Source of the DNA: Haliotis rubra
Lineage: Eukaryota
DNA: 64,000 nucleotides
Reading direction: 5' to 3'
Assembly (NCBI RefSeq): GCF_003918875.1
Contig: NW_025766225.1
Span: 3,100,001 to 3,164,000 of the forward strand
Shown in pieces: positions 25,981-38,200 of this stretch. Positions within the stretch are counted from its first letter, which is position 1. Every line of letters starts with the position of its first letter. The notes beneath the pieces were generated by a model. The model was not told where the DNA came from. It searched no databases and saw only the letters and a list, made by a program, of their open reading frames with translations. The position numbers were made by a program, and so were the translations under genes.

Positions 25981-27461
25981 TAGTAGGACCAGAAATTATT
26001 GAGAATTTTAGGAATATGTTTAATTGGATTTCTAGTATAAACAACCTTGACCAGCTATCAAGTGCTTGGTTTCATTCAAGAGAGACAACTCCGTTAATCC
26101 TTTTTTCATTAGTTTGTGAAGAGTTATCCCCCTTTGTTTACTTGCTAGCAGGGCGGTGGGGTAGCCTAGTGATTAAAGCGTTGGCTTGTCACGCCGAAGA
26201 CCCGGGTTCGAATCCCCACATGGGTACAATGTGTGAAGCCCACTTCAGGTGTCCCCCGCCGTGATGTTGCTGGAATACTGCTGAAAGCGGCGTAAAACCA
26301 AACTCAGTCAGTCAGTCAGTTACTTGCTAGCAGACAACATTTTCAGTGATCCTCAGTATGGATGATTTAGAGAAGAGGAGTTGATCTTAGAGTATTATAA
26401 CAAGGACATCAGATCAGCTAAAGTGATTTCAAGTAGAACAGGCATCCCTTTGTCCACTGTTTATCGTGTTTTGAAAAATATTACAAATGGATATGGCATT
26501 GAGCACCAGGGGGGGGCACAGGTAGGCCAAGAAAATTGACTGTCGGTGACAGGAGGCGGCTTTATATTCTTGTTTCTAAAAACAAACGAAGGAGTTTAGA
26601 AAACTTAAGGCTGGATATGATTGATAGAGGAACTGTGGCTGTCTGCAAGGAGACAATTAGAACTGAGCTGCATGCAATGGGTTGGCAGAAAAGTCGAGGA
26701 ATTCCATCACCGATCATGAAACCTGAACAAAAGAAGTGAAAGGTTGAACTGGTGCTTACAGCATAGAAATTTTAACTGGGACAATGCGATTTTCTCAGAT
26801 GAAAGTTCTGTGTGGCTGTTTCCTAATACACTGAAATTCTGGACCAAACAAACTGAAACACCTTTGTATCAGCGCCCAAAGTACAGTCCGAACTTTAACG
26901 TGTGGGGTGGCACATCTGTGTTAGGGGCAACACCCCTCTGTGTATTTGAAGGGAATATGAACAGTGAGCGGTACACAGATATTCTCGAGGGACATTTACT
27001 TCCATCTGCTCACGTGTTCTATGGAAATTTTTGGATTTCCCAGCAGGACAACGACCCAAAACATCGTTCAAAGCATTCACAGGCCTGGTTTCGGACCCAA
27101 AATATGACATTATTAGATTGGCCAAGCTATGGCCCTGACCTAAATCCAATAGAAAATGTTTGGGGACTTATGAAGGAAAGTGTCAATAAGAAAAATCTGA
27201 CAAATATTGCTGAAATGAAAGAAGAGGTGGTCCGATATTGGGACAGCATGGACCACGACTTTCTAACTTCTTTGATCAGTAGTATGCCCCGCCGCATTGA
27301 AGCCTGCATTGTTGCCCATGGTGACATGACAAAATACTAACTGTTCACCTGTCTTTGAATCTGGAGTTATGTTCTGCTAATATTCACATTTAATACGTGA
27401 GTAATGAGTGATTTTTTTTTTTTTACAATCTTTAAATTCTCAATAATTTCTGGTTGTACTG
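25981..27461 (+). mobile_element. Tc1-family DNA transposon, decayed DD34E transposase (~26359-27340)
   Basis: ~28-bp TIRs (tagtaggaccagaaattattgagaattt / aaattctcaataatttctggttgtactg) with TA on both sides. Motifs FSDES, QQDNDPKH and PDLNPIENVW give D-34-E spacing. Frameshifts and a stop at 26737. Confidence 0.93.
26152..26319 (+). mobile_element. tRNA-derived SINE family A (young copy nested in the Tc1 element)
   Basis: A box TAGCCTAGTG, B box GGTTCGAATCC, (CAGT)n tail, 14-bp TSD ttacttgctagcag. Confidence 0.92.
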
Positions 27462-27980
27462 TATCGGCACCATAGATTATTAGGAAACCCTTGTCTACCC
27501 AGTTCTTACCTAGTTTTCAACAGGTTACATACAGAAAGTTTGTCCACGATATATTAAAAGATATAACATGAAGCTAGCAATAAAAACAGAGATGTCACTG
27601 TCACCAACATGACAGTGGGACCAGGCTAGTAATCATTCTATAGTTATCATACAGTTAAGAATAGAACAATCAATTTAGCTCAAATTCAAGTGAGAGTCTC
27701 CTGTATGGGGAGTTACTGTATTGATTAATACAGATCCTACAGCTTCTTGCAGCACTACTGACAAGCCAGATGTCAGATCCCAAACAAACATGCATGATGT
27801 TACACAATGTCAAGCCTGTACCAGCCCGGCTATACTGGAGACGTCAATATTGCCTGTCTACTGAGGCTATAACCATCATAGTTGCATGGGTGGCAATGGT
27901 TAAGCAGGGATGCAATAATTGGCATACTAAGCAGCAGGCATATTTACTGAACGGTTAAATAATGGTGTTTTATTGCCAAG

Positions 27981-28977
27981 GGTGTGATAGCTGGCATACT
28001 GAACATCAGGGGTGTGATAACTGGCATATTGAACATCAGGGGTGGGATAACTGGCATACTGAACATCAGGGATGTGATAACTGGCATATTGAACATCAGG
28101 GGTGTGATAACTGGCATACTGAACATCAGGGGTGTGATAACTGGCATATTGAACATCAGGGGTGTGATCACTGGCATACTGAACATCAGGGGTGTGATAA
28201 CTGGCATATTGAACATCAGGGGTGTGATAACTGGCATATTGAACATCAGGGGTGTGATAACTGGCATATTGAGCATCAGGGGTGTGATAACTGGTATATT
28301 GAACATCAGGAGTGTGATAACTGGCATATTGAACATCAGGGGTGTGATAACTGGCATATTGAACATCAGGGGTGTGATAACTGGCATATTGAACATCAGG
28401 GGTGTGATAACTGGCATATTGAGCATCAGGGGTGTGATAACTGGCATATTGAACATCAGGGGTGTGATAACTGGCATATTGAACATCAGGGGTGTGATCA
28501 CTGGCATACTGAACATCAGGGATGTGATAACTGGCATACTGAACATCAGGGGTGTGATAACTGGCATACTGAACATCAGGGGTGTGATAACTGGCATACT
28601 GAACATCGGGGGTGTGATAACTGGCATATTGAGCATCAGGGGTGTGATAACTGGCATATTGAACATCAGGGGTGTGATAACTGGCATATTGAGCATCAGG
28701 GGTGTGATCACTGGCATATTGAACATCAGGGGTGATAACTGGCATACTGAACATCAGGGATGTGATAACTGGCATACTGAACATCAGGGGTGTGATAACT
28801 GGCATACTGAACATCAGGGGTGTGATAACTGGCATACTGAACATCGGGGGTGTGATAACTGGCATACTGAACATCAGGGGTGTGATCACTGGCATATTGA
28901 ACATCAGGGGTGTGATAACTGGCATATTGAACATCAGGGGTGTGATAACTGGCATATTGAACATCAGGGGTGTGATA
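27981..28977. repeat. 30-bp minisatellite (ggtgtgataactggcatattgaacatcagg), ~33 copies
   Basis: Direct tandem repeat; source of spurious ORFs in several frames. Confidence 0.96.
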
Positions 28978-29019
28978 CCATTTTCTGAACCAGAATCTAA
29001 TAGAATATTCCCACTTACA

Positions 29020-29560
29020 TGACCAAACTGTGCATATGACAATTGACAACACATCATCATACTGTGCATATGACAACAGACAAAACATGACCATATTGTG
29101 AGGATGACAATCAACAACATATAACCATATTGTGCATATGACAATCGACAACAAGACCGTATTGCTAACATGACAATCAACAATATGACCATATTGTGCC
29201 TATGATAATCGACGTAAGTGGCGACTAACGGGATCGGGTGGTCAGTTTCGCTGACTTGGTTGACACATGTCATCGGTTCCCAATTGCGCAGATCGATGCT
29301 CATGCTGTTGATCATTGGATTGTCTGGTCCAGACTCGATTATTTACAGACCGCCGCCATATAGCTGGAATATTGCTGAGTGCGGCGTAAAACTAAACTCA
29401 CTCACTCACTATGATAATCGACAACACATGGTCATATTGTGCGCATGACAATCAACAACACATGGTCATATTGTGCATATGACAATTGACAACACAACCA
29501 TATTGCCCATATGGCAATAGACAACACAACCATATTGTGCATATGACAATTGACAACACT
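29020..29560. repeat. Degenerate ~33-bp tandem repeat (accatattgtgcatatgacaatcgacaac), interrupted by a SINE B
   Basis: Imperfect copies on both sides of the SINE. Confidence 0.75.
29214..29408 (+). mobile_element. SINE family B, 5'-truncated
   Basis: Homology; TSD ctatgataatcgac. Confidence 0.88.
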
Positions 29561-30602
29561 GTATCTTATCAACATATATCCAACAGAGATGCAGGCATGA
29601 CATTTTCACTAACAGGCAACCAATAAGACAGTTTAAGCATGATGACACTGTGGGTACAAAGTGCTACGGATGTCACAGGGTCAAAATATCTGCATAAAAG
29701 AAGTAAAATAACATCTTTTTTTCATGGCTACTGATAATCTGTCATTGATATACACTGATTAGTATACAATGCAGTACATGAAGCTACTTACTAATTAGGA
29801 GCATTTGGTTGAATTTACTGAGAAATTGTAGGCTTGTTACAATTCTCATGTATAAGTAGTTCTCCCACTGATCCCTCTTATCATGCTACAAGTCCAGCCA
29901 AACTTAAGTTTATAGCACAATGTCCTTCACAGATCATCCTCTCCACACAGGGGCATTTTTAGCCTGGGTTTCAACATAGAAGATTTGTTGCTACAAATGG
30001 GTAAATCGACGTGATACTGTGAAAACCACAGAGAATAGCCTAAGCAGGGTATGGTTCATACTGTATCCTGGCTCTGACAGGGGAGATCACATGTCAACTA
30101 GTGCTTGAAAGGCGAGATCATTTCTGGCTTGTGGTTTAAGCAATAAAACAAGTAATTCTAGACATTTGGGACCAGACAGCTAAGTGTAACAGTTTAGACT
30201 TGTGATATTTTATGTGGACAAAATACCACCATGCCCCTGTGTCATGAGGATGGTACTTCATGTGTCATGCAAAAAGCAGCCAAGGGAGATAACTCTACTT
30301 ACTTCCTGTAATCCATGGGATGGCAAAAATAAAACAAAGCAGATGTCTAATGTATTATTGCTTCAAAAGAAATTATTTCTTTTCACAGATCTAAAGAGCA
30401 AGGTACAACAACAAGGATTAGAAAGTTATAAAGTGGACTCAGTTATTGACCAGAGCTTGACCAGATCACTTTGCATAACTAGCCAGATACATGCAGCAGG
30501 TTTGATAGATGTCCAGCAAAACTCTGCCTCATCAGGTTACACTGGTCTTCACTTCACAATAACTGAATCAACCTTACACGAAGAAGACATGATCTTCGCA
30601 CA

Positions 30603-30922
30603 ACGACTGACATGTCTGGGTTAAAGAATGGGAGATATAACTATCTTAGCGCTACGACTGACTTGTCTAGGTTAAAGAATGGGAAATATTACTATCTTAG
30701 CGCTATGACTGACATGTCTGGGTTAAAGAATGGAAGATATGACTATCATAGCGCTATGACTGACATGTCTTGGTTAACAAATGGTAGATATGACTATCGT
30801 ATCACTACGACTGATATGTCTGGGTTAAACAATGAGAGATATGACTATCTTAGCCCTACGACTGACATGTCTGGGTAAAAGAATAGGAGATATGACTATC
30901 TTAGCGCTATGTCTGACATGTC
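30603..30922. repeat. 51-bp minisatellite, ~6 copies
   Basis: acgactgacatgtctgggttaaagaatgggagatatgactatcttagcgct repeated. Confidence 0.9.
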
Positions 30923-31486
30923 TTTTTTAACGTATTGGGAATACAATGGTCTTAGGACTAATATCACTTTCTGAAATGGGGCCATCGGTTGAAAGCTTTC
31001 CAAAATCTTAATTAGTCAAAATGTGCTCGCCAAACTGGGAAACACATCTCTAAAATACTTTGAAGTCAAAAATAGAATTTGAAAGACTTATTGTCAGCTT
31101 TCGAAGATCAGCAATAACTACTCTACTCGACTTGGGACAGGGATATTTTCACCTTTCTATGACACACAACTGATTGTCAAGTGTATATTCAAATACAATG
31201 ACATATCTGATTATACCTATAGGTTGAGTAGCGTATTTTTTGCTTGGCAGTGTAAATAAGTACAAAATGTCAACAAGGATTGGTTTTATGTCCCCACCAC
31301 AAAACCAATGTTATTTCAAAAGCATGGATTAAAATGGAAACAAAGTTGCAAATTAGGAAAAAGGTTAATATCCTCATTGAACAGTTAGGCAACATTGGCT
31401 GATATTAGTTTTTTACTTAGAAAATGAATATATTTTTGACAATCACACAAACCATGGCCATTAGTCGTACAGGCATTTCACAGAAG

Positions 31487-32070
31487 CAGCCATTTGTGGA
31501 ATTCTTTAAAACTTGGGCCGCCATTTGTTGCAAGGTGTTTCCCCCTGGCAGGTCTTATTGGCAAGGTGTTTCATTGGGTAGCCATTGTTGGAATTCTTTA
31601 AAACTTGGGCCGCCATTTGTTGCAAGGTGTTTCCCCCTGGCAGGTCTTATTGGCAAGGTGTTTCATTGGGTAGCCATTTGTGGAATTCTTTAAAACTTGG
31701 GCCGCCATTTGTTGCAAGGTGTTTCCCCCTGGCAGGTCTTATTGGCAAGGTGTTTCATTGGGTAGCCATTTGTGGAATTCTTTAAAACTTGGGCCGCCAT
31801 TTGTTGCAAGGTGTTTCCCCCTGGCAGGTCTTATTGGCAAGGTGTTTCATTGGGTAGCCATTTGTGGTAAGTGTTTTATTGGGCAGCCATTTGTGGCAAG
31901 TGTTTTATTGGGTAGCCATTTGTGGCAATTTGTTTTACTGGGTAGCCATTTGTGGCAATTTGTTTTATTGGGCAGGCACTTGTTGCAAAGTGTTTTACTG
32001 GACAGCCATTTGTGGCAATTTGGTTTATTGGGCTGCTGTTATTGACAAGGTGTTTTATGGGGCAGCTGTT
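31487..32070. repeat. 95-bp x ~4 higher-order repeat continuing as ~30-bp monomers
   Basis: The 95-mer is built from three gccatttgt-type ~30-bp subunits, which continue as monomers up to the 32102 exon. Confidence 0.9.
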
Positions 32071-32101
32071 TGTCAACACAGGCATACAACACTGAACTCA
32101 C

Positions 32102-32176
32102 CTTTCAAACTGCTGCCGTTTATCGATGTTGCCACGTACAAACTCCATCAGCTGTTTCTGAGTTCGTCCACTGTAC
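32102..32176 (-). CDS. FARP1: FARP exon, FERM-adjacent (YSGRTQKQLMEFVRGNIDKRQQFER)
   Basis: atgcag|G...AG|gtgagt; 75 bp, phase 2/2. Confidence 0.93.
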
Positions 32177-32538
32177 CTGCATGTCAGAAACATGTCATAG
32201 AATCACCACATGTACTTTACATACTCATCTCCATGGAAACAGGCACATACAAGAATGGATGTCACGTGTTCTGTATACCTCAAGAATCCCGGTAATGTCT
32301 AGCAATCACTGCAAGTGTCAATGGCATACCCACAGATGTCTTGAGTACACTGCATACTATTGCACATCGTTAACTTGCCATATAAGAAAATGCTCTTGTC
32401 TACTGCATGATTAGACATGCAGAATCTGTCAAGTGTACTGCATGATGGGAGAAATACAGAGAAGTAGCAGACAGGGGCATAGCTGCCATTATAAAAAAAA
32501 AAGCCTGGGCTTACACATGATTGTTGCTAAAAAGGTTA

Positions 32539-32705
32539 CACTGACTGACTGAGTTTGGTTTTACGCCGCTTTTAGCAATATTCCAGCAACATCACGGCGG
32601 GGGACACCAGAAATGGGCTTCACACATTGTGCCCATGTGGGGATTCGAACCCGGTCTTCGGCGAGACGAGCCAACGCTTTAACCATTAGGCTACCCCACC
32701 GCCCC
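32539..32705 (-). mobile_element. SINE family A, (CAGT)n-tail subfamily
   Basis: Close match to the 26152 copy; TSD ctaaaaaggtta. Confidence 0.9.
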
Positions 32706-32806
32706 CTAAAAAGGTTAGACGAGCCATATCTAAATATAAAGCTTTGCAACCTGTTGGGCTTACATAAAGGAAAATGGCTTGCTACACGCCTGGCAGATAG
32801 ACGTAC

Positions 32807-32967
32807 CTGAATGATGAGCCTCGACTGACCACTCTAGTTTTGTTTCTTGGCACTTTCCGAACAGATTGACATCGGAAGAAGCCATGATGTTCGATGCATT
32901 TCTTCCAAAACCCTTTACATTCATTCCGACTGTCAAAGAAGAACTCCACTGTGTCTTTGTAGTAGCC
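32807..32967 (-). CDS. FARP1: FARP exon, FERM-C/FA (GYYKDTVEFFFDSRNECKGFWKKCIEHHGFFRC...SRGSSFR)
   Basis: tttcag|GGC...AG|gtacgt; 161 bp, phase 0/2. Confidence 0.95.
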
Positions 32968-33196
32968 CTGAAATGAAAACAGGTTATGTTAACAGCTTTT
33001 AAAGGAAGAGGTGAGGTTATCACCAGCTGTGTCACATATTTCAGGTTCAAGCCTGGAGCACCAAAACCACTACACAGGGTTCATGATACGATTCCTCAGG
33101 TGAAAAGTACAGTCCAGTTATACTTGTGAGTGGTCGCTATGGACACTATTTTAGTGATATCTTGTGGTGTCAGCTTAATGTGGCGTCATCTTCATG

Positions 33197-33625
33197 TGAG
33201 TGAGCGAGTTTGGTTTTACGCCTCTTTTAGCAACATTCCAGCAATATCACGGCAGGGGATGCCAGGAATGGGCTTCACACATTGTGCCCATGTGGGGAAT
33301 CGAACCCAGGTTTTTGGCATGATGAGCGAACGCTTTAACCACTAGGCTACCCCACCGCCTCTTCTTGATGTGAGACGGGCCTTAGATGTTTAACATAGGG
33401 AAGAAACGTAGGTATGTCCTGACAAACTATTGGATGTAATGAGGGCAAGTGTGGGGAGGATTGAATGAGTGAGTGAGTTGGTGTTTACGCCATTTTTAGC
33501 AACATTCGAGCAATATCAGAAAAGGGGACAACAAAAATGAACTTCAAACATTGTACTGACGTGGGGAATCCAGTTTGGGTCTTCGGTGTGACAAGTGAAT
33601 GCTTAAAATGCTAAGCCATCCCGCC
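33197..33625 (-). mobile_element. Two SINE family A copies (33197-33361; degenerate 33466-33625)
   Basis: Homology to family A head and tail. Confidence 0.8.
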
Positions 33626-34039
33626 AAATTCTGGGGTTTGAACCCAGGATGGGACGATGGGCAAGGGAGCATTGCAGTGACTGCAATCATCACTGGTTCA
33701 TGTCGTCCAGACTTCATGGTTCACAGGCATGGTGATATTGTGTGGTAAACAAGTGGTTGATTGTGTGAACACTGCTCAATTCATGAATATTCCTGTGTGA
33801 CAACAACTCCCCTTTAACTTACACTACATTCACCACATGTTCTTAACTTAAACCGCTTACAGCCAAACCTAGTCCCTAATCACCACAGGCACTTTAATCT
33901 TAGGTATTTGTGGCCTAAAATATTCTAAAATCTCCAAAGTCATTTAACTTAGTGTACTTGCATTCTACAACCACCAGTGGCTCATTACCTTGAAGTACCT
34001 ATGACCTATCCTATTCCTCAATCACCACTTGTTCTTTGA

Positions 34040-36140
34040 GAACTAACCTACTCTACAATCTGCACAGGTTCTATATACTTCCAGTACTTGCCATCTGACC
34101 TTCTCTACAATCACCACAGGTTCTTTATACTTCCAGTACTTGCCATCTGACCTTCCCTACAATCTGCACAGGTTCTTTATACTTCCAGTACTTGTCATCT
34201 GACCTTCTCTACAATCTCCACGGGTTCTTTATACTTCCAGTACTTGCCATCTAACCTACTCTACAATCTCCACAGGTTCTTTATACTTCCAGTACTTGCC
34301 ATCTGACCTTCTCTACAATCACCACAGGTTCTTTATACTTCCAGTACTTGCCATCTGACCTTCCCTACAATCTGCACAGGTTCTTTATACTTCCAGTACT
34401 TGTCATCTGACCTTCTCTACAATCTCCACGGGTTCTTTATACTTCCAGTACTTGCCATCTGACCTACTCTACAATAACCACAGGTTCTTTATACTTCCAG
34501 TACTTGCCATTTGACCTTCTCTACAATCTCCATAGGTTCTTTATACTTCCAGTACTTGCCATCTGACCTTCCCTACAATCTCCACAGGTTCTTTATACTT
34601 CCAGTACTTGCCATCTGACCTTCCCTACAATCTGCACAGGTTCTTTATACTTCCAGTACTTGTCATCTGACCTTCTCTACAATCTCCACGGGTTCTTTAT
34701 ACTTCCAGTACTTGCCATCTAACCTACTCTACAATCTCCACAGGTTCTTTATACTTCCAGTACTTGCCATCTGACCTTCTCTACAATCACCACAGGTTCT
34801 TTGTACTTCCAGTACTTGCCATCTGACCTTCTCTACAATCTCCACGGGTTCTTTACACTTCCAGTACTTGCCATCTAACCTAGTCTACAATCTCCACAGG
34901 TTCTTTATACTTCCAGTACTTGCCATCTGACCTTCTCTACAATCTCCACAGGTTCTTTGTACTTCCAGTACTTGCCATTTGACCTTCTCTACAATCTCAA
35001 AGGGTTCTTTATACTTCCAGTACTTGCCATCTAACCTACTCTACAATTTCCACAGGTTCTTTATACTTCCAGTACTTGCCATCTGACCTTCTCTACAATC
35101 TCCACAGGTTCTTTATACTTCCAGTACTTGCCATCTGACCTTCTCTACAATCTCCACGGGTTCTTTATACTTCCAGTACTTGCCATTTGACCTTCTCTAC
35201 AATCTCCACGGGTTCTTTATACTTCCAGTACTTGCCATCTAACCTACTCTACAATTTCCACAGGTTCTTTATACTTCCAGTACTTGTCATCTGACCTTCT
35301 CTACAATCTCCACGGGTTCTTTATACTTCCAGTACTTGCCATCTAACCTACTCTACAATTTCCACAGGTTCTTTATACTTCCAGTACTTGCCATCTAACC
35401 TACTCTACAATTTCCACGGGTTCTTTATACTTCCAGTACTTGCCATCTGACCTTCTCTACAATCTCCACGGGTTCTTTATACTTCCAGTACTTGCCATCT
35501 GACCTTCTCTACAATCTCCACAGGTTCTTTATACTTCCAGTACTTGCCATCTAACCTACTCTACAATTTCCACAGGTTCTTTATACTTCCAGTACTTGTC
35601 ATCTGACCTTCTCTACAATCTCCACGGGTTCTTTATACTTCCAGTACTTGCCATCTAACCTACTCTACAATCTCCACAGGTTCTTTATACTTCCAGTACT
35701 TGCCATCTGACCTTCTCTACAATCTCCACAGGTTCTTTGTACTTCCAGTACTTGCCATTTGACCTTCTCTACAATCTCCACGGGTTCTTTATACTTCCAG
35801 TACTTGCCATCTAACCTACTCTACAATTTCCACAGGTTCTTTATACTTCCAGTACTTGCCATCTGACCTTCTCTACAATCTCCACAGGTTCTTTATACTT
35901 CCAGTACTTGCCATCTGACCTTCTCTACAATCTCCACGGGTTCTTTATACTTCCAGTACTTGCCATCTGACCTTCTCTACAATCTCCACAGGTTCTTTAT
36001 ACTTCCAGTACTTGCCATCTGACCTCCTCTACAATCACCACAGGTTCTTTATATTTGCCATCTGACCTTCTCTACAATCACCACAGGTTCTTTAAACTTC
36101 CAGTACTTGCCATCTAACTTTCTCTAAATCTCCACACGGT
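34040..36140. repeat. 52-bp minisatellite, ~40 copies
   Basis: caggttctttatacttccagtacttgccatctgaccttctctacaatctcca repeated. Confidence 0.96.
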
Positions 36141-36591
36141 CTTTAACTTTAGCTGTTTTCATGAAATGTTTTAGGTTCAAGCATCAAAGTAAACAAAACA
36201 TAAACCTAATGCACAAATATTCAGCCATGACGACTGACTCATGCTTTCCTCATCTGATCACCATGACTAAATCTCTGTGAAAGTTTTCCAGACTCACTTA
36301 TGAAGGAAGTGTAATTACTAATGTCATTACTTCAGGAACAAACATGGCTTGATTGACTGTAATTTAGACTGAAGCTATTATGCTGTCATTGGAAAGCTGA
36401 CATTTCACTTATGAGTAAGTCAGCAAAATAGTAGCCTGCGAACTTCCGTGTCATCTACAATCAGCTTCAGTTTACAAGCAGTCTGAGTCACTCACAGCCA
36501 TAGCCAAAATACAAGTGAGTGAGTGAGTGGGCACCTTGGATTAAACATGACCTAGTAATATCATGGCATGCATTTGCCTGTTGTTTCAATT

Positions 36592-36755
36592 AAGTGAGTG
36601 ACTTTAGTTTCACTCCGCTTTTAACGATATTCCGACAATATCACCGTGAGGTACACCAGAAATGGGCTTTACACATTGTACCCATGTGGGGAATTGAACC
36701 CAGGTCTTCAGCGTGACAAGCCAACGCTTAAACCACTAGGCTACCTCACTGCCCT
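36592..36755 (-). mobile_element. SINE family A
   Basis: Homology; TSD ctgttgtttcaa. Confidence 0.85.
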
Positions 36756-36795
36756 CTGTTGTTTCAAAATAACAACACTGCCGTAAATACCACAT

Positions 36796-37185
36796 GGGGG
36801 TGCGGTGGGCGAGCTGGCTAAAGCGCCAGGCTAGTGATCCAGCGAGCATGAGGTGCCGGGATCGTGCCCACCTGTGACCGTGTGTAAAAACCTAGGAGTC
36901 AACTTTGTGTGCCGACTCTTTCAGTGTTGTCACAACCCTTAGTGTACAGTACACAACCCTGTGCACTTAAAAGAACCCACGAATCCCAGCTGTGAATGGG
37001 TACCTCGTAAAGATGGGAAAGCCGCAATAACTCGGTGTGCCTTGTGGCAGCAAGAGTTGTATGCTCCCCATAAGATGTGCCGTTGAGACTGACATCCAAT
37101 GATCGAGGGAAAAAAATACCAGCACCTTGAGCATTCACTAGTGCATGGATATGTGCGCTATATAAATATCCAATAATAATAATAA
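36796..37185 (+). mobile_element. SINE family C: tRNA head, Deu/Nin-like and CORE-like body, L2-type tail
   Basis: tRNA-like head; gtgcacttaaaagaaccc; cccagctgtgaatgggtacc; 3' end ccttgagca...gcgctatataaat(aat)n. Confidence 0.7.
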
Positions 37186-37952
37186 GAAAATAATCAAGTC
37201 TGGAACAGACAAACCAGCGAATGATGTCATCAGCAATATCCTTCTCTACCAGGGTATGATATAATATAATCGACAAAGTTACCGAGCCCAACAACCTGGT
37301 CTGATGTCTTTCTTCAAGCAGAGCTCAGGAACCCACTGTTTAATATTCTGGGGTGGTGATGAGAGAGAGAGCATGGGGGCTTGTGGTTGTGGTGAAGGAA
37401 TATACGAATTTGTTCAACGAAATTTCTCCTTTGTTAATCTCCAGTGACTGTTCTATTAGTGGGATATCTTGACGTTTCAACTGTATGTCAGAGAAAACCC
37501 ATAGTGAAGCAGTAGTTGGACAAGATTCAAACCAGTGTTCAACAGATCATGGCTGCAAGGGAGGCAACTCTACTCCACCTGTTACAACTAAGCCACCTTG
37601 CCCATCATCAACAGGGATGTTTATATAGCGAAGCCACATATTGCACGGGATGACAGACATGGGTTTTACATTTGGGGTCAATGTTGGGTTTGAACCCAGG
37701 TCTACTGTATGAAAGGTGAGATCACTGACCACTTGGTTAACAAGACACCATTTTAACAATCATATCATTTCTGAGTTCTATAATTCTGGGTACACTATAG
37801 TCACAAACTTCTACTGAAAAGATGATTATATTCACACTCACAAGTTCATTTTACTGTGATTATTATTTGATAGTTTAACATGAGATACAGCAGCATGCTT
37901 TGCTCAAAATTAGTTTATCCACACATCAAAGTTGATAACCCCATCAAAAGGT

Positions 37953-38200
37953 GCGTGAGTGAGTGAGTGAGTGAGTTTAGTTTTACACCGCTCTCAGCAA
38001 TATTCCAGCTATATGGCGGCGGTCTGTATATAACCAAGTCAGGACCAGACAATTCAGTGATCAACAGCATGAGCATCAATCTACACAACTGGGATGCGAT
38101 GACATGTGTCAACCAAGTCAGCGAGCCTGACCACCCGTTAGTCGCCTCCTACAACAAGCATGGGTACTGAAGATCAATTCTAACCCGGATCTTCGTGGGT
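37953..38200 (-). mobile_element. SINE family B, full length
   Basis: Homology over ~250 bp. Confidence 0.88.

Noticed and set aside
26152-26225. tRNA gene
   Set aside because: It has A and B boxes but continues into a SINE body and tail with a TSD, and many diverged copies exist.
27927-29315. Long ORFs of 257-462 aa (YASYHTPDVQ, GCDNWHIEHQ, ITGILNIRGV repeats)
   Set aside because: A 30-bp unit open in several frames on both strands, with no splice context and running into a SINE: a minisatellite artefact.
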